In this document: one piece after another, positions 14,046-26,400 of the stretch | How positions within the stretch are numbered: the first letter of the stretch is position 1 | How the letters are laid out: every line of letters begins with the position of its first letter | Assembly: GCF_018977255.1 (NCBI RefSeq) | Contig: NW_024704755.1 | Coordinates: 4,712,001 to 4,776,000, forward strand | Reading direction: 5' to 3' | DNA from: Callorhinchus milii | Taxonomy: Eukaryota | Length of the DNA stretch: 64,000 bases | Position numbers and translations under genes: made by a program | Notes under the pieces: generated by a model | The model's database searches: none | Told to the model about the DNA's origin: nothing | Seen by the model: only the letters and a program-made list of their open reading frames with translations

Positions 14046-15802
14046 TGTATCCTATGAATAAGTGCACGTTTGTGGATGTCATCTGAGAACAGCATCAGAC
14101 TTAACTGTAATACCACTGTGCTTGAATGGTCTAGTGGCACTCACCATTTGGGTCAGTGCATTAAGAACACTCAAGGTCAAGGTTCCAAGGTACTATCAGT
14201 TGCAATTGAACCATTCCTCACGATGGGTCACTTCATTCAAGAGAAGAGGGGAATATCTGGGGGAAAAAGGGTCGAAAAATCAATATGAACAAGGTCCATA
14301 TCTCATACTAAGGTTAGTTTTCGATGAAGTCACAACAGAAAAGATTTTAAAAAAATAGAATGAAAGATACAGATTAGAAAAGGAATTAAAGGATTGAGAG
14401 GATTGTTTGGAAGGTCAAGTTGAATGCATTCAAATGAGGACAATGATACAGATGGCCTTATTAATAGGTTTAATTATTATAATTAGGAAGTGCTCATGCT
14501 GCGTTTCTACAGGACAGCAATTACAAAGTGGATGCTGATTTATCCTTTTGTCTCACAGAGTATCATATTGGACCCTTAAACTACAAATACCCAAGTCTAG
14601 TGTTCTGCGCTTGTGGAAGGCTGATACATGTTCAAAACACTGAAATCGGGTGTTAGAATTTTAAAGTTATTGATGATCTGTTTGTGAGATTGACTCTTTC
14701 ATAAGTTAAGAGAATTCAAATTTTGATCAATCTGATCAGTTACTACTGCACCAAAGCATTTTGTGCCAATATGCTATGTGAATTGTACATAGCTATTTAG
14801 TACGATTTAGAAGGAAAGGTCCTTAAATCAATGTAGTCTCCCAACTCCATAATGTTGGGGTGTTCAGCCAGCAGTCATTCAATGGCGCAGACCAACAACA
14901 ACATCAATAACTTGCATTTATATAGCAGGGTAGCGTCCCAGAGCTTTTGAAGGTTTTCTCCCTCTTTTCTTGAATGAAGTGACCCATCCTGGAACAGGCA
15001 AAAGTTTATCACCATAATAAATATAATTACCTCAAATGAACATAAAATTGTTCCAGTGAAAGAGTTAACCTAGAAAAGTTAGGATAATAAATGGATTATA
15101 TAATATAACTTTTAAATTGCAAGAAAAAACAAATATCATCTGTGTCCCAATGTGTCCCTGTTTGTACAAAACAACCTGCTGCAAAATGTATCTACCATAA
15201 AGTCAAGTGTGTTTTTATTTGGTTAGATCAATATATGGTATTAGATGCATCAGGGTGATTTTTAAAACTGATATTGTGCAAACATTTTTGCCTGAGAAAT
15301 ATGAACTTGTTCTGTGAAGGTAGAGGAAGAGCTTAGGGATACTGGAAGAAACAGTCAAGTGCTACCCGTTGTCTGTCAATCATTGAAGAGTGAGGACACA
15401 TGTAGCAGGTTGGAGATCAAAGCAATGAAATGATAGGTGCAGTGGCCTGGGGACAGAATGCAGCATGCCTGAAAGAGCATTAGGAAGATAGCCCTGTGGT
15501 ATTACTTTGCTAGCCTATTGTACTGCATTCAACGTTTAAAAATTATGTAATAAGTAAATTAAGCTACTTATACGTTTAACAATAAGTAGCCTCCACTGTA
15601 TATTAAATTACACAGAGAGCAATGGATTCGTGAGATTGAGTTAGAAAGATAGAAAGGGATCAATTAAAGGTCTACAAAACAATTGTGAACAGAGTTCCAC
15701 CGAAAAGCATATCCAAGATGGGGCTCTGATATCTCACTGTCCTAAAGCTATTGAATCTTCACAGTTCTGCCATAAAAAATGCAACATTTACAATTCATCC
15801 TT

Positions 15803-16233
15803 AGGTGTCGGCCTGATTCAGATGGTAGCACTCCTGCCTCTGAGTGGGTTGTAGGTTCAAGCCCACGTTGGGACTTTCAACTTACAGTCCAGGCTCGCGC
15901 TCCAATACAGTGCGCGGGGAATGTTGCATTGTCGGATGTTTCATTCTTCAGATGAGACATTAAACTAACCATATGCTTCTTTGGATGGATGTTAAGGATT
16001 CCATGGCACTAGTTGAAAAGAGAAGGTGTCGAGGCCAACAATCCCCAGACGAAATTGGTCATTCACTTCATTTCTGCTTGAGGGGCATTGCCTTTGACCA
16101 ACTGGCTGAGAGTTCTGCGTACAACATTCACAGTCACTACACTTTAAAGCAAATCCTGTGAAGCGCTTTGAGTCATCCTCCCGATATGAAAGGTGCTACC
16201 ATATATCAAATACAAAGGATTATTTTATTTATT
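15803..16233 (+). mobile_element. Old near full-length DeuSINE (SacSINE1-like)
   Basis: tRNA-like head (tcagatggtagcac...ggttcaagccc), Deu-type block cttcagatgagacattaaac...gatgttaaggattccatggcact and L2-type tail. The family name is from memory. Confidence 0.8.
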
Positions 16234-19200
16234 TAGAGAACCAGGAACTTGAAAAGGAAGGTAACAGTCACTGTAGCTTAAACATGCTGAGGTCTTGCTG
16301 TTGGTGAAATTATTTAGACATTCCCCAGACATGTGATTAAAAAATGTTGATGGACTTTTTCATTCTCTGTTTTTTTGACTTCTCTGGCAGGTTGTCTTGA
16401 CCTGGGTGATTCCCCCTGGTAGTCCTGCTGTACAAACTGTAAATAAAATGGAAATTCTGTAATGTTTGTTGCAGAAGATCGGCAGTCAGAAGGTGAAGAT
16501 GGTGCAAGATTCTGGATGAAAATTCTCCGTCTCTGGAAAAAGTCAAACGAAACATTAACTTGATTGTAGGTAGTGCGGTGAAATTACTTTCAACTTCTTT
16601 TAACTTAGTATTCTTGCTTTATAAACGCTGTAAATCGGCACTGTTGATCTTTAAAGTTTAAATACCAACAAACTACTTATTTACATATTTTCTGGGAAGA
16701 ATAACTCTGAAGTGGAACACTGGCTTATTGTCCTTTCACAAACAAGACGCACTGATATCAATCGTAGCACCTTTACTGTTACCTGACTGAAGTCATCTGA
16801 TTCAGAACAGCCCACTAATTGAATCTTGTTTTTTTTAGATCTATATGGCTATTTCACTTGGAGCAGTGACTTTATTAACTGAACCATCATGGGAGTATAA
16901 CTAAAAGAGGGCACAAAGAAAACTATTACATTTAATCATACTTATCTACAGTGGTTTTGACTTTCAAAAGGGATCTTTATATGACTGACTGTAAAATGCT
17001 ATTTTTTTTAACTATTGGCCCCATGCTCTTGTTCTAGAATATTCTAGATGTTTTGGGATCTTCCAATGTTTTCAATGAAATGGTCAAATTAAGCTCATTT
17101 AAATCTTATTTGTTTCTGGAATATATTTATGAATTAGCTGCTAGATTTGCACAGAACAACACCACAACAATTAGCATCAAATTGGGAGGAAAAAAATATG
17201 ACCTTTTACCATGGTTGGAATTCTCTGTTAATAATAAAATTGCACAAAGATTAATAGAAGCACTGGGGAAAGGGAAAATCAAGATTGTTCTATATTATAT
17301 TACTCGCATCTGTGAAGTGTGTCTCTGCTTTCTCAAATTCCTGTTTATCTTCTTGCTAAAGGAGAAGATTAGACTGACTAAAAAAACATAGCAGTAAAAA
17401 TCTGCATTCCTCTTAGGCTCCGACACTTGGAAGGGTGCCAACATTTTATTAAATGTTGTTTCTCAGTCTAAATAAGTTATGATGTTCACTTACCTGACTT
17501 CACATTATAGTTATCTGATCTGAAGTATATGACTCATCAAGTTTTCAGAGAAATGTTTAAAGGTAACGTTACTGTCTTTAGATAATTTTTTTTATTTGCA
17601 TTGTTTTTATCTAATACATGTGTTTGGATGGGTTGTCAAATAATGAGCAGTAAAACATATCAACTTACTAATTTAATTTATAATGTGATAAACTATATTT
17701 TTTTCCTGTCAACTTTTCTTCATACAATTTAAGAACATTTTTGTGTTTATGTAATGATCTTGTAATGATGGAAAACAATGTCAAGATTAAATTAAATTAT
17801 TATTGTTTGTTAACTGATTTTCAACATGTATTCATATGACACTCCAACTAGTAAAATGCCATTATAGAAAGAGAAAATTCATGTATCACCCAGTTTAAAT
17901 TATCTCTTCCCAGAGGTACTTGTTAAAACAAATTTTGTTTTTTTTCTTGCTCATTCCAATTTAATAATATAGAATTTTACTTCTTTTGAGCAAGGCCAGT
18001 AACACAAAAGCAACCTTGCACTCAAACAACATGTTGATGATTTGGGCACTGGTTCAAAATAGATTTGAAGCTGCAGCATGATTTGTGTTCAGAGAATCAA
18101 ACACACTTCCTATAGTTCATCAAAGGGAAGATATTCAAGAGGATAAACAAAAATACCTCAGTAAGAAAAATGTCTTTTATCATTTATGAAAGTCAGAATC
18201 GAGTATTAAATATTAATTTTTTTTAAAAATGTTAGCCAAGTATTTTGAAAGTAACACTAAAAGTAGTTGACTCAAAGGAATAAAGATTCATGAGTATGGA
18301 TCCTATAGACCATCTGTGAACTCCAATTGTGCATTTAAAAAACGGAGTAAGAAGAGATTTCCTGGAGTTTAACTAGTTTTAGATGGGTCAAGGCTCTTTT
18401 TGGAAGTGAGCCTTTGATAGCATCATTGACTTACATATATTAGTAGAAGGAAGCATCTGTAAAGCTGAACTAAACTGAAGAGCCTGTACAAAAGATGGGT
18501 CCAAATATGTTTGTAAAATATCATTGATAAAGTGCGAGTATTCATTGTACTGTGTCATGTTATGGGGGTAATTATGGACCTTCTTTGTTCTTATCCAACT
18601 ATTATTAAGTTGGAGGACTGTTTATTTGATAATTTAATAAGTTTGTCACGAAAGCTGAACCAATCGTGCTGATTTTGTAATGATTTATTTTCTGCAGTCT
18701 CTACTGGCAAGTCTGTTTTATGGGTTATCTAACAATCGAATTTTGAGAAAACCTTTTTTTAATATATATATATACACTGTTGCTGCATAGATTGTTGTCA
18801 TCCGATTCAGAAATAATTTGATAGTGCAACTTACATATTATCATCATTACCTTTTACGATCGCTAAATAACATCACCTAAGCACACAATAAAAAAAACCT
18901 TAAACAACAATAGGGCGGCACAATTGGCCATCAAATTATCACAGTTAGTAGTCTAACTCTTGTTTTATGGGTGCGTTTAAAGTTTATACCGTTCAGTAGT
19001 CATCCCTTCAAGAAAAAATAATAAATCGCTCATTCAATCCGCCACATTTTTTTGGAGGACACTGCTGTGCGCCGTTGCTTCCCCCGCGCTAAAACAAAAT
19101 AAAGAATCCACTTTACGGTACGTTTACCCTGTGAAGCGCTTCGAGAAGTCTGGAGGACGCGATAAGGCGCTGGACCAAATGCAAGGATTATTATTATTAT

Positions 19201-19266
19201 TATTATTATATTCACACGTTTGTTTTCATTTGAAAGAGTCGGCATCTAAGCCTCACTCTTTCTCCC

Positions 19267-19267
<1 letters not shown>

Positions 19268-19312
<45 letters not shown>
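19268..19312. repeat. (TTA)n microsatellite
   Basis: About 14 perfect units. Confidence 0.95.
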
Positions 19313-19980
19313 CATTCCTCTCCCCTGGCCACTCCAAACCCAAGGCTGCCAGGTCGCTAAGGACGCCTTTCCCAGTGGCAGCTGATGACTGAGGTCCCAA
19401 CTTTGGTCCCAACTGGTGTCACTTTTGCCACCAGCTGTGCTGAAGCCCCGCCCTCTCGCCCGATTCGGCCTCGCGATTGGTCGAGCGCCGGTGTCGATCA
19501 CGAGAGCGACCCCGCCCGCCCACCCACGCGCCCCGCCCCCTCCGCTCCGCCCCGGCCTCCGCCCGCCCCTCGAGAGGTCCTCGGGATTGGGGCGGGGCGT
19601 CCCGCCCAATCGGGCGCGTTTGTGCGTGGCAACGGCCAGGGCCGCCGCGCGACCGGAAAGGGGTCCGATTCAAAATCCTTTTNAAAAAAACCTGCGGGAA
19701 AATAAAACGCGAAGGGAGAAGAGGGGAGAGGGGGGGTGGGGGGCACGGGATGAGCTTCGCAGCGTCCAAAAAAAACACACGCACACACACAAAAAAAGAA
19801 AAGAAAACAGGGCCCCAACGGTGATGGGACAATTGGGCTACTTTTGGGCTCGGGGGGGGGAGGAGGAGGAGGCGGGTGGTCGGCGCAGGCGCAGTGGAGA
19901 CCTGCGCAGCCAATGGTGAGGCGGTGCCCCGCGTCCACAGGTTGCGGAGGCAAACACAAATGTCGGTTGGAAGCAACGAC

Positions 19981-20040
19981 TCTCTCTGTGTGTGTGTGTG
20001 TGTGTGTGTCCCTCTCTCCCTCTCCCTCTCTCTCTCGCTC
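19981..20040. repeat. Compound (TC)/(TG)/(TC) microsatellite in the promoter
   Basis: Read directly. Confidence 0.9.
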
Positions 20041-20251
20041 TATCCTCCCATAATAAATAGCTCCTGGTTAGCCCTCCTCCCTCCCTCCACTCCACTCTCC
20101 TCTCCTCGAATCCCCCTTCACTCCCCCCCCCCCCCCCGCCCCCCCCCAACGGGTTTTCTTATTTAAATTTCAACCGTATTAACGGTCGTCGTCCTCCACC
20201 CGCGGGTTGGGGGGGGGGGGAGGAGAGGGAGAGGGGGAGGGGAGGGGGAAG

Positions 20252-20339
20252 ATGAGTGGGAGCGACGAGCAGTGGTCCAGATGTGGCCAAGGCCTCGGCG
20301 CCAGAGATTCCACGTTCACTGCACCGACAGACGGAGGAG
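20252..20339 (+). CDS. Coding exon 1 ([29 protein letters not shown]+g)
   Basis: ATG with A at -3 (aagATGa) inside the CpG island; donor GAG|GTGAGA; ends in phase 1, matching exon 2. Confidence 0.75.
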
Positions 20340-20449
20340 GTGAGAGCCCGGGCCCAGTGTGAGATGATGATGATGATGGTGGTGGTGGTGATGGTGGTGG
20401 TGGTGGTGGTGGGAGAGAGGGGGCGGTGGTGGTGGTGAGTGTTGGATTG

Positions 20450-20482
<33 letters not shown>

Positions 20483-23400
20483 AATCCTTGCGTTTGGATG
20501 GAGCCGCCTCAGCGGGGTCTTCGAGACGGCTCGAAGCGCTTCGCGTGCCGGGCGCCCCGGGAGTGAGCCGACGACCGGGCGTCGGTGTGGCCCGGACCGA
20601 CCTCGTGCCGCTTTCGGATCAATCCGCCCCGTTTAAAGCTCCCGGGTCCGGGCTCAGGCGCAGGTTACCGAGGTCCCGAGGCGCTCGCTGCTTGGGAAGC
20701 GAGGGAAGTTTCCGCCTGTTTTCCGGCCGGCGCCCACCATGAGGTTAGCCGGGCAGGCGGCTGTTTTGCGGGAGATGCTTCCGCGCGGAAATTTGCCGTT
20801 GCGTTGGTACAGTGGGCGATGCTCTTCGACGGTGAGCTGTGCGGAAAAATCCTGCGGTGCCCTTTGAGATGTCCCGGCGGAGTGACGTCTCGCTCGGATG
20901 CAAGGATTGTTATCGTTATTGTTAGAAACCGACAGGTGTTTTTTGTTTTGCGCAAGTGTTTACCCTTTTAAAATAAACAAGTGCCTCTCTTTCGCAATCG
21001 CATTGGATACATTTGTCAAAAAAGTAAACTTGTGGCCGTTTTCTGTTCCTATAATAATAATAATAATAATAATCCTTGCATTTGATATAGCGCTTTTCAC
21101 GTCGGGAGGACGTCCCAAAGCGCTTCACAGAACACACTGTAAAGTGAATTGACTGTATATTTGTGGGCGAACACGGCAGCCAATTGCGCACAGCAATGTC
21201 CCACAAACAGTCGTAGATTGAAAATGACCAATTTATTATTGTTTTTTGTTTTGGAGGGATTATTGTTCCTACTGTTTGACCGAGAAGTTGAGTGTAGAAA
21301 GCCAGTTTCAAAATTCTTAGTACTGTTTCTCAAAATTAAATGTTTTTGCCAGCAGCACCTTGTTTCATTTGTGAAAATATATAATCTGTAATTTACCAGA
21401 TACGTGGTGGTTCATTATTACAAATTCTTTCATTTACTCGTTGATTTGCTCTAAATGGATGAGTGGGAGTGGTAAACTTCAAAACACGCATCAACTATTT
21501 CAGAGAATAATAAATGATCAATCTATTTATCATTCTAGTATTCTTATAATAATAGGTAACAATAATCAAGGTTGGAAATTTAAATTGGTTCTCTAATCCA
21601 CTCATTTGAAAAGTAGTGGACTGTTTGAATGTGTGGCCACTATATTTCCACCACGTTTCTTGATCTTGAGTTTGCCATTTGGGTAAGATGTCAAATGGAG
21701 GCAAATTTATAAGGTCATGGAAAAATGATGATGGAATTGGATTTCTTTCATGGATTATCTCTGCCTGGTTCAAGAGCAAAATTGATGTCCCATTGACCCT
21801 GATCATTGGCTCTGTGCAGTATGGAACTGAGTCATGTTGACTAGGAAGGCTCCAGGGTTTAATGCAAGGTTAGTATAATTGTCTTCTGAGCTGAGATAAC
21901 CAGCACTCCCGATCTTAATCCTGCTTCTTTTTCCATATCCCTCCTCGAAATAATGCAAAATTTGCATTATTACAGCGGAATTTGTGCAGCTATAATGCTT
22001 CACATGCTGCATAGAATGTGTGCATTTGCTGTATAGATTGACACATAAAGAATAAATGAACTCCTGGAGTACCCATTGAACCACATCTTAGTGACCTTCA
22101 GGAGATAGGAGGAGGAGAAAGAGAATGGACAATTTGTTACCCACAGTGAGGAGGCTTAGTTGTATCTTAATTCAAATTAAATGGTTGACACTATCAAGAT
22201 GAATTTGCTTGACAAGAAACCTGGGTCCTTTTCTTGTATAGAGTTTCATGCTTTCAATTTGTATCTAGGTATTCCAGCTTCATCAAAATTAAAATGTGTT
22301 TTACTCAAATCCTTTTAGTATATAGGAAGAAGTAATAATTTATTTATACTTTTCATTCATATTTTGCAGGAAGTCTTGGTGGAGGGGCTGAAATAAGGAG
22401 TCATGAAGATGTTATTGTCCCTCGGCATGATGTGCAGAAACTGCTTGGTGAGTTCCGAGCACTACATCAGGAACGACTGCAGCGGTTAGAGGCTACAGAT
22501 GATGGAACAGAAGAAACTCTTAAGGTTTGTTTCATTTTCTAGATGTATTAAGTTAGAAAACATTTGTTCTGAAAATATGTTTAGTGCTTTTAATGTTTGC
22601 TTATTAACTGCTTAATTGTGATAATAACCGAAATATAAAAATGTCATATTAGATAAATGTGCTCTATTAGAATAATGGTATACACTTTATGAAATGGCTA
22701 ATCTAGTATTAGTTTACTCTTCCCATCTATTTTCTCGTTCCAGTACCAAATCCCTCTTTACATAAAATCTTTGCTCAGCCATTGAAAGTATTTAACGTAA
22801 TCTGCTGTTGGGGAGGAAAGTGGAAAGGTCATTGGGGTGAAGTTTTGTACCACTCATCAAGAGAAGGGATGTTTGTGTGGGGAATATATATTTTCCTGTT
22901 TCAAATGCACAATAATTATAATTATCATTGAATTTAATACAGCACGTCAGGAGGACATCTCAAAGTGCTTCACGGGATTTCCTGTAAAGTTTGGTCACTG
23001 TATTTTGTAGGCAAAAACTAATTTGCACACAGCAATGTCACACAAACAGCTATGAAATGGATTTCAATTTTTATTTGAGGGATTGTTGGCCAGGACACCC
23101 TTCTCTTTTTGAATGATGCCATGGGATCTTTAAAATCCATCTGAACAAGCAGAAGGAAAGCACCACAACACAGCACATCCCCAGTACTGCATTAGAGTGT
23201 CATCCCAGACCACGAGAATTCAAAGTCTCAATGTGGGACTTGAATCCATAACCTTCTGATGTAAAGGTGAGAAAGCTATCAACTGAGGCAGGCTGGGACT
23301 TTGATATTTTTATCAATAAATCCCAGGTCAGATAATGCAGATTGTTGCAGAGCAGATGTCTGTACTCTGCCCAAATAATATTATTTAGTTTCAACATCAG

Positions 23401-26400
23401 AAGACCAGAACACCTACAGAATTTATAAGAATTTATGTGACAGACATGGTGTCTGAGTGAGAGTGTAATGTGTGTGTTGTGCCATACACACACACGTATG
23501 ACTTTTATAGCCAGCACATTGAGGAGACTTAACCAACGAGTTTGTGTCCCAGAGGTGAAAGGACAGTATTAAAAATCACTGTGCCATTCAGTATCCAGTG
23601 TTTAAACTACTTAATTGCCCTTTCCTCCACTTGTCGAGTGAATAAAGCTGACTGAATAACTTATCCTCTTGCCACTTGTATATATTACTTGTGTATATTA
23701 CATCAGCTTGAACACCTAAATTTAATAATTCTGTAAATTATATAGAAAGCAATTAAAGTTAGAGGTCCTCCAGCAAAGGTAAATTAATGTTGATTTACTT
23801 TTTTTTAAAACACAAATTCACGTTAGAAATATAGTTTCAGGTATTGGAAAATCAAGTTTATTACATTGATGGGTTAGTGAAAACTATTGAACATTATTGT
23901 ACTGTAATAAAAGTGACATTTTAATCAATACTGTCAAGTGCATTAGTGTTTTAACATGGAAAAGCTTTTTGCTTCTGTTTAAGAAGGTTCATCGTTAGTT
24001 CTCTGCTGCGAGCTCTAAGAGTAAGCTGAGCATCAGAATTCAATTATTGCTGCTGTATGCTATGTAGCCATTCTACATCACAGCTTGCCAAAATTTCTAT
24101 CACACTCAGACTGACTGGAGGAAATAGTCTTGCAAAGCTTGGCTACAATTTAACCGCAATCAGCACGAAGCAAACTTTTTTAACCTTACTTTTAATGTTT
24201 AAATAGGTCTAAGTATGACTTTTATCGAAGGCTTGTGATACTTGCCCCTGCTGTCTGGACTCCATCCCTTCACCTCATCCCTTCACCTCATCCCTTCACC
24301 TCATCCCTTCCCTCATCCTCTTTAACCATGCCTTCAGTCATCTTCCCACCCTCACCCCTCTTGAATCCAACCCACAGCTGGACTGCCCAGTGCCTTGGGA
24401 CATTCTCCTGATATGAAAGGTACTATGTCAATGCAATTTTTTGTTGTTGTTTCTCAGTTTAAAAAAAAGTTAGTTGAAAAGCAAAGAAATAGAACATTAG
24501 GACAGTGGAAGTTTTGTGAAATTTATGCCACTTAAAGCAGGAGTTAAAATTATATAAGAAAAGGGGGTAAGAAAATTAATTGAATGTTACTTAATCGGTT
24601 ATTATTACAGAGTTGAACCTCCTTTACAGATTAATATTAAGGCTATTTCCAAGTCTCAATATTGAAGCAAAATCCAGCAGTAGTACTCTTCGTGAACATT
24701 GTACACCAGCTTCCCCAGGTTCTGTGTTGTTATTCATTTGGCCTCAGAACAAATTGTTGAATTTTTATTTTTTACATAATGTATAGATCCACACACACAC
24801 AACCTCTTAATTGCTTTTCCCATGTTTGGTTAATTTGGGCTGGTGAACAATGCATGTGATTTCAACTGCCTCTATTTTTAGTAATGTTATTGATTAAGCA
24901 AGCATGTTAGAACAGACTTAATAAAAACTAAGCATCTATCCATATCGTCAGTTTTTTTTAAACATTCCAATTTAATCTTAGTAAAACATCTTGTGGAGTC
25001 CTGTAGCTCAGTGGTTAGAGCACTCGCTTTGCAAGCGAGAGACCTGAGTTCAATTCCAGGCAGGATGAAACCTTGGGCAAGTTTCCTTACTCCACACGCC
25101 TAATAATAATCCCTCCAAAACCAAAAACAATAATAAATTGGTCATATTCAATCTACGACTGTTTGTGGGACATTGCTGTGCGCAATTGGCTGCCGCGTTC
25201 GCCCACAAATATAGTCAATTCACTTTACAGTGTGTTCTGTGAAGCGCTTTGGGACGTCCTCCCGACGTGAAAAGCGCTATATCAAATGCAAGGATTATTA
25301 TTATTATTATCTTGGATTTTATAGCGTATAGCGTATTGTGAAGCAGGCCAGGATTCATTGTGGAGCTGGTCATGTGAGGATGAGGTCATCAAGATTTTGC
25401 ATTGATGGAAGTGTTTGGATTGATCTACATGTGCACCAAATTATCAGGGACCACACTTTGTCATTTTGTTTTCCTTCCTACACAACGCTGATTTCTGAAT
25501 ATTGGTGCTAACTGCAAGATGGTATGTGTGGTCTGAATATGTCCAGTAAACACAAGCAAATGAACTTATATAGCGTATTATGTAGGTAAATTTAAACTTG
25601 CGTTCATTGTGATGCATGTGTTTACCATCATACCCACTAAGACTCTGAAGTAATGGTGAACACCAATACAATCTGAAGAGAGAGAATCTAAAAATGTTAA
25701 TTGAATTACAATATGAACTTGAGTTACTTTACTGTGATAGGAAAGCCAATTTTCCCATCAGTATTGGAATGGTAGCTCAGCATTGTTCTTGATTATTAGA
25801 TGAGATATCAGCATTAGGATCACTTTTATTTAGTCAGTAGTCAAAGAGAGAGATTGGTCTTATGAAACATCTTGAATAATGATTCATTTTTATCATCGAA
25901 TTCAAATATTATTTTAACTGTTATATTGTTATTATAATTTCAATATAGGTGCAGTTTAGGCAGGTATTTCACTAACTGGGTGACTTAGCTGAAATGGTAA
26001 CCAGTTGTAATAGCATTTACAAAGCCAACAATAACAGTGAAATGATTTTAGTTACAAGTACAGTATATGTTTTATTGTTAAAATGTAGTTCCTTTAAATG
26101 GAAATAGACAAAAGTGATTGATTTTTGTATGTTGAGCCAGTAGAACTGCCATGCTCATGTTTGTATTCTAAAAACAAAATGTCAAACTGGAAAAGGAAAA
26201 TTAGTTACATACTCCATTAAAGGCATAACTGATTCTAAAAATGATTTAGAGTAGTGTAGGTTTCCCTATCAATATTTACATTTAAAGTTTTCAGCCTGTG
26301 TTACAGTGATAGCTGATCAATACTATCTACTGCTTTATGAATTTGTACTGAAGCAATAACCATGTATTTAGGAAGTGAATAAAGATTTTACGCTGACATG

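Larger units (their letters stand above)
19340..20920. promoter_or_regulatory. CpG island / promoter of the coiled-coil gene
   Basis: Abrupt GC- and CpG-rich segment spanning exon 1. It has GC boxes (GGGGCGGGGC ~19589; CCGCCC runs 19512-19568), CCAAT/ATTGG boxes (~19476, ~19585, ~19606, ~19910), an NRF1-type GCGCAGGCGCA at 19883-19893, an RFX half-site TGGCAAC at 19627-19633 and TATA-like TATTTAAA at 20160-20167. Confidence 0.9.

Noticed and set aside
13490-16570. Good + strand acceptors at ~13510 and ~16390 upstream of the CpG island
   Set aside because: No sustained open frame or phase-consistent chain follows; a non-coding exon cannot be supported without RNA data.
19253-20971. Many overlapping 100-185 aa ORFs
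   Set aside because: Low-complexity products of a stop-poor CpG island and microsatellites.
24263-24318. CRISPR-like array
   Set aside because: Head-to-tail minisatellite without spacers in vertebrate DNA; no cas genes.
24995-25070. tRNA-Ala(TGC)-like sequences (also at ~6425-6495, ~31480-31553 and ~55550-55625)
   Set aside because: The acceptor stem does not pair and each runs straight into SINE body and tail; these are SINE heads, not tRNA genes.
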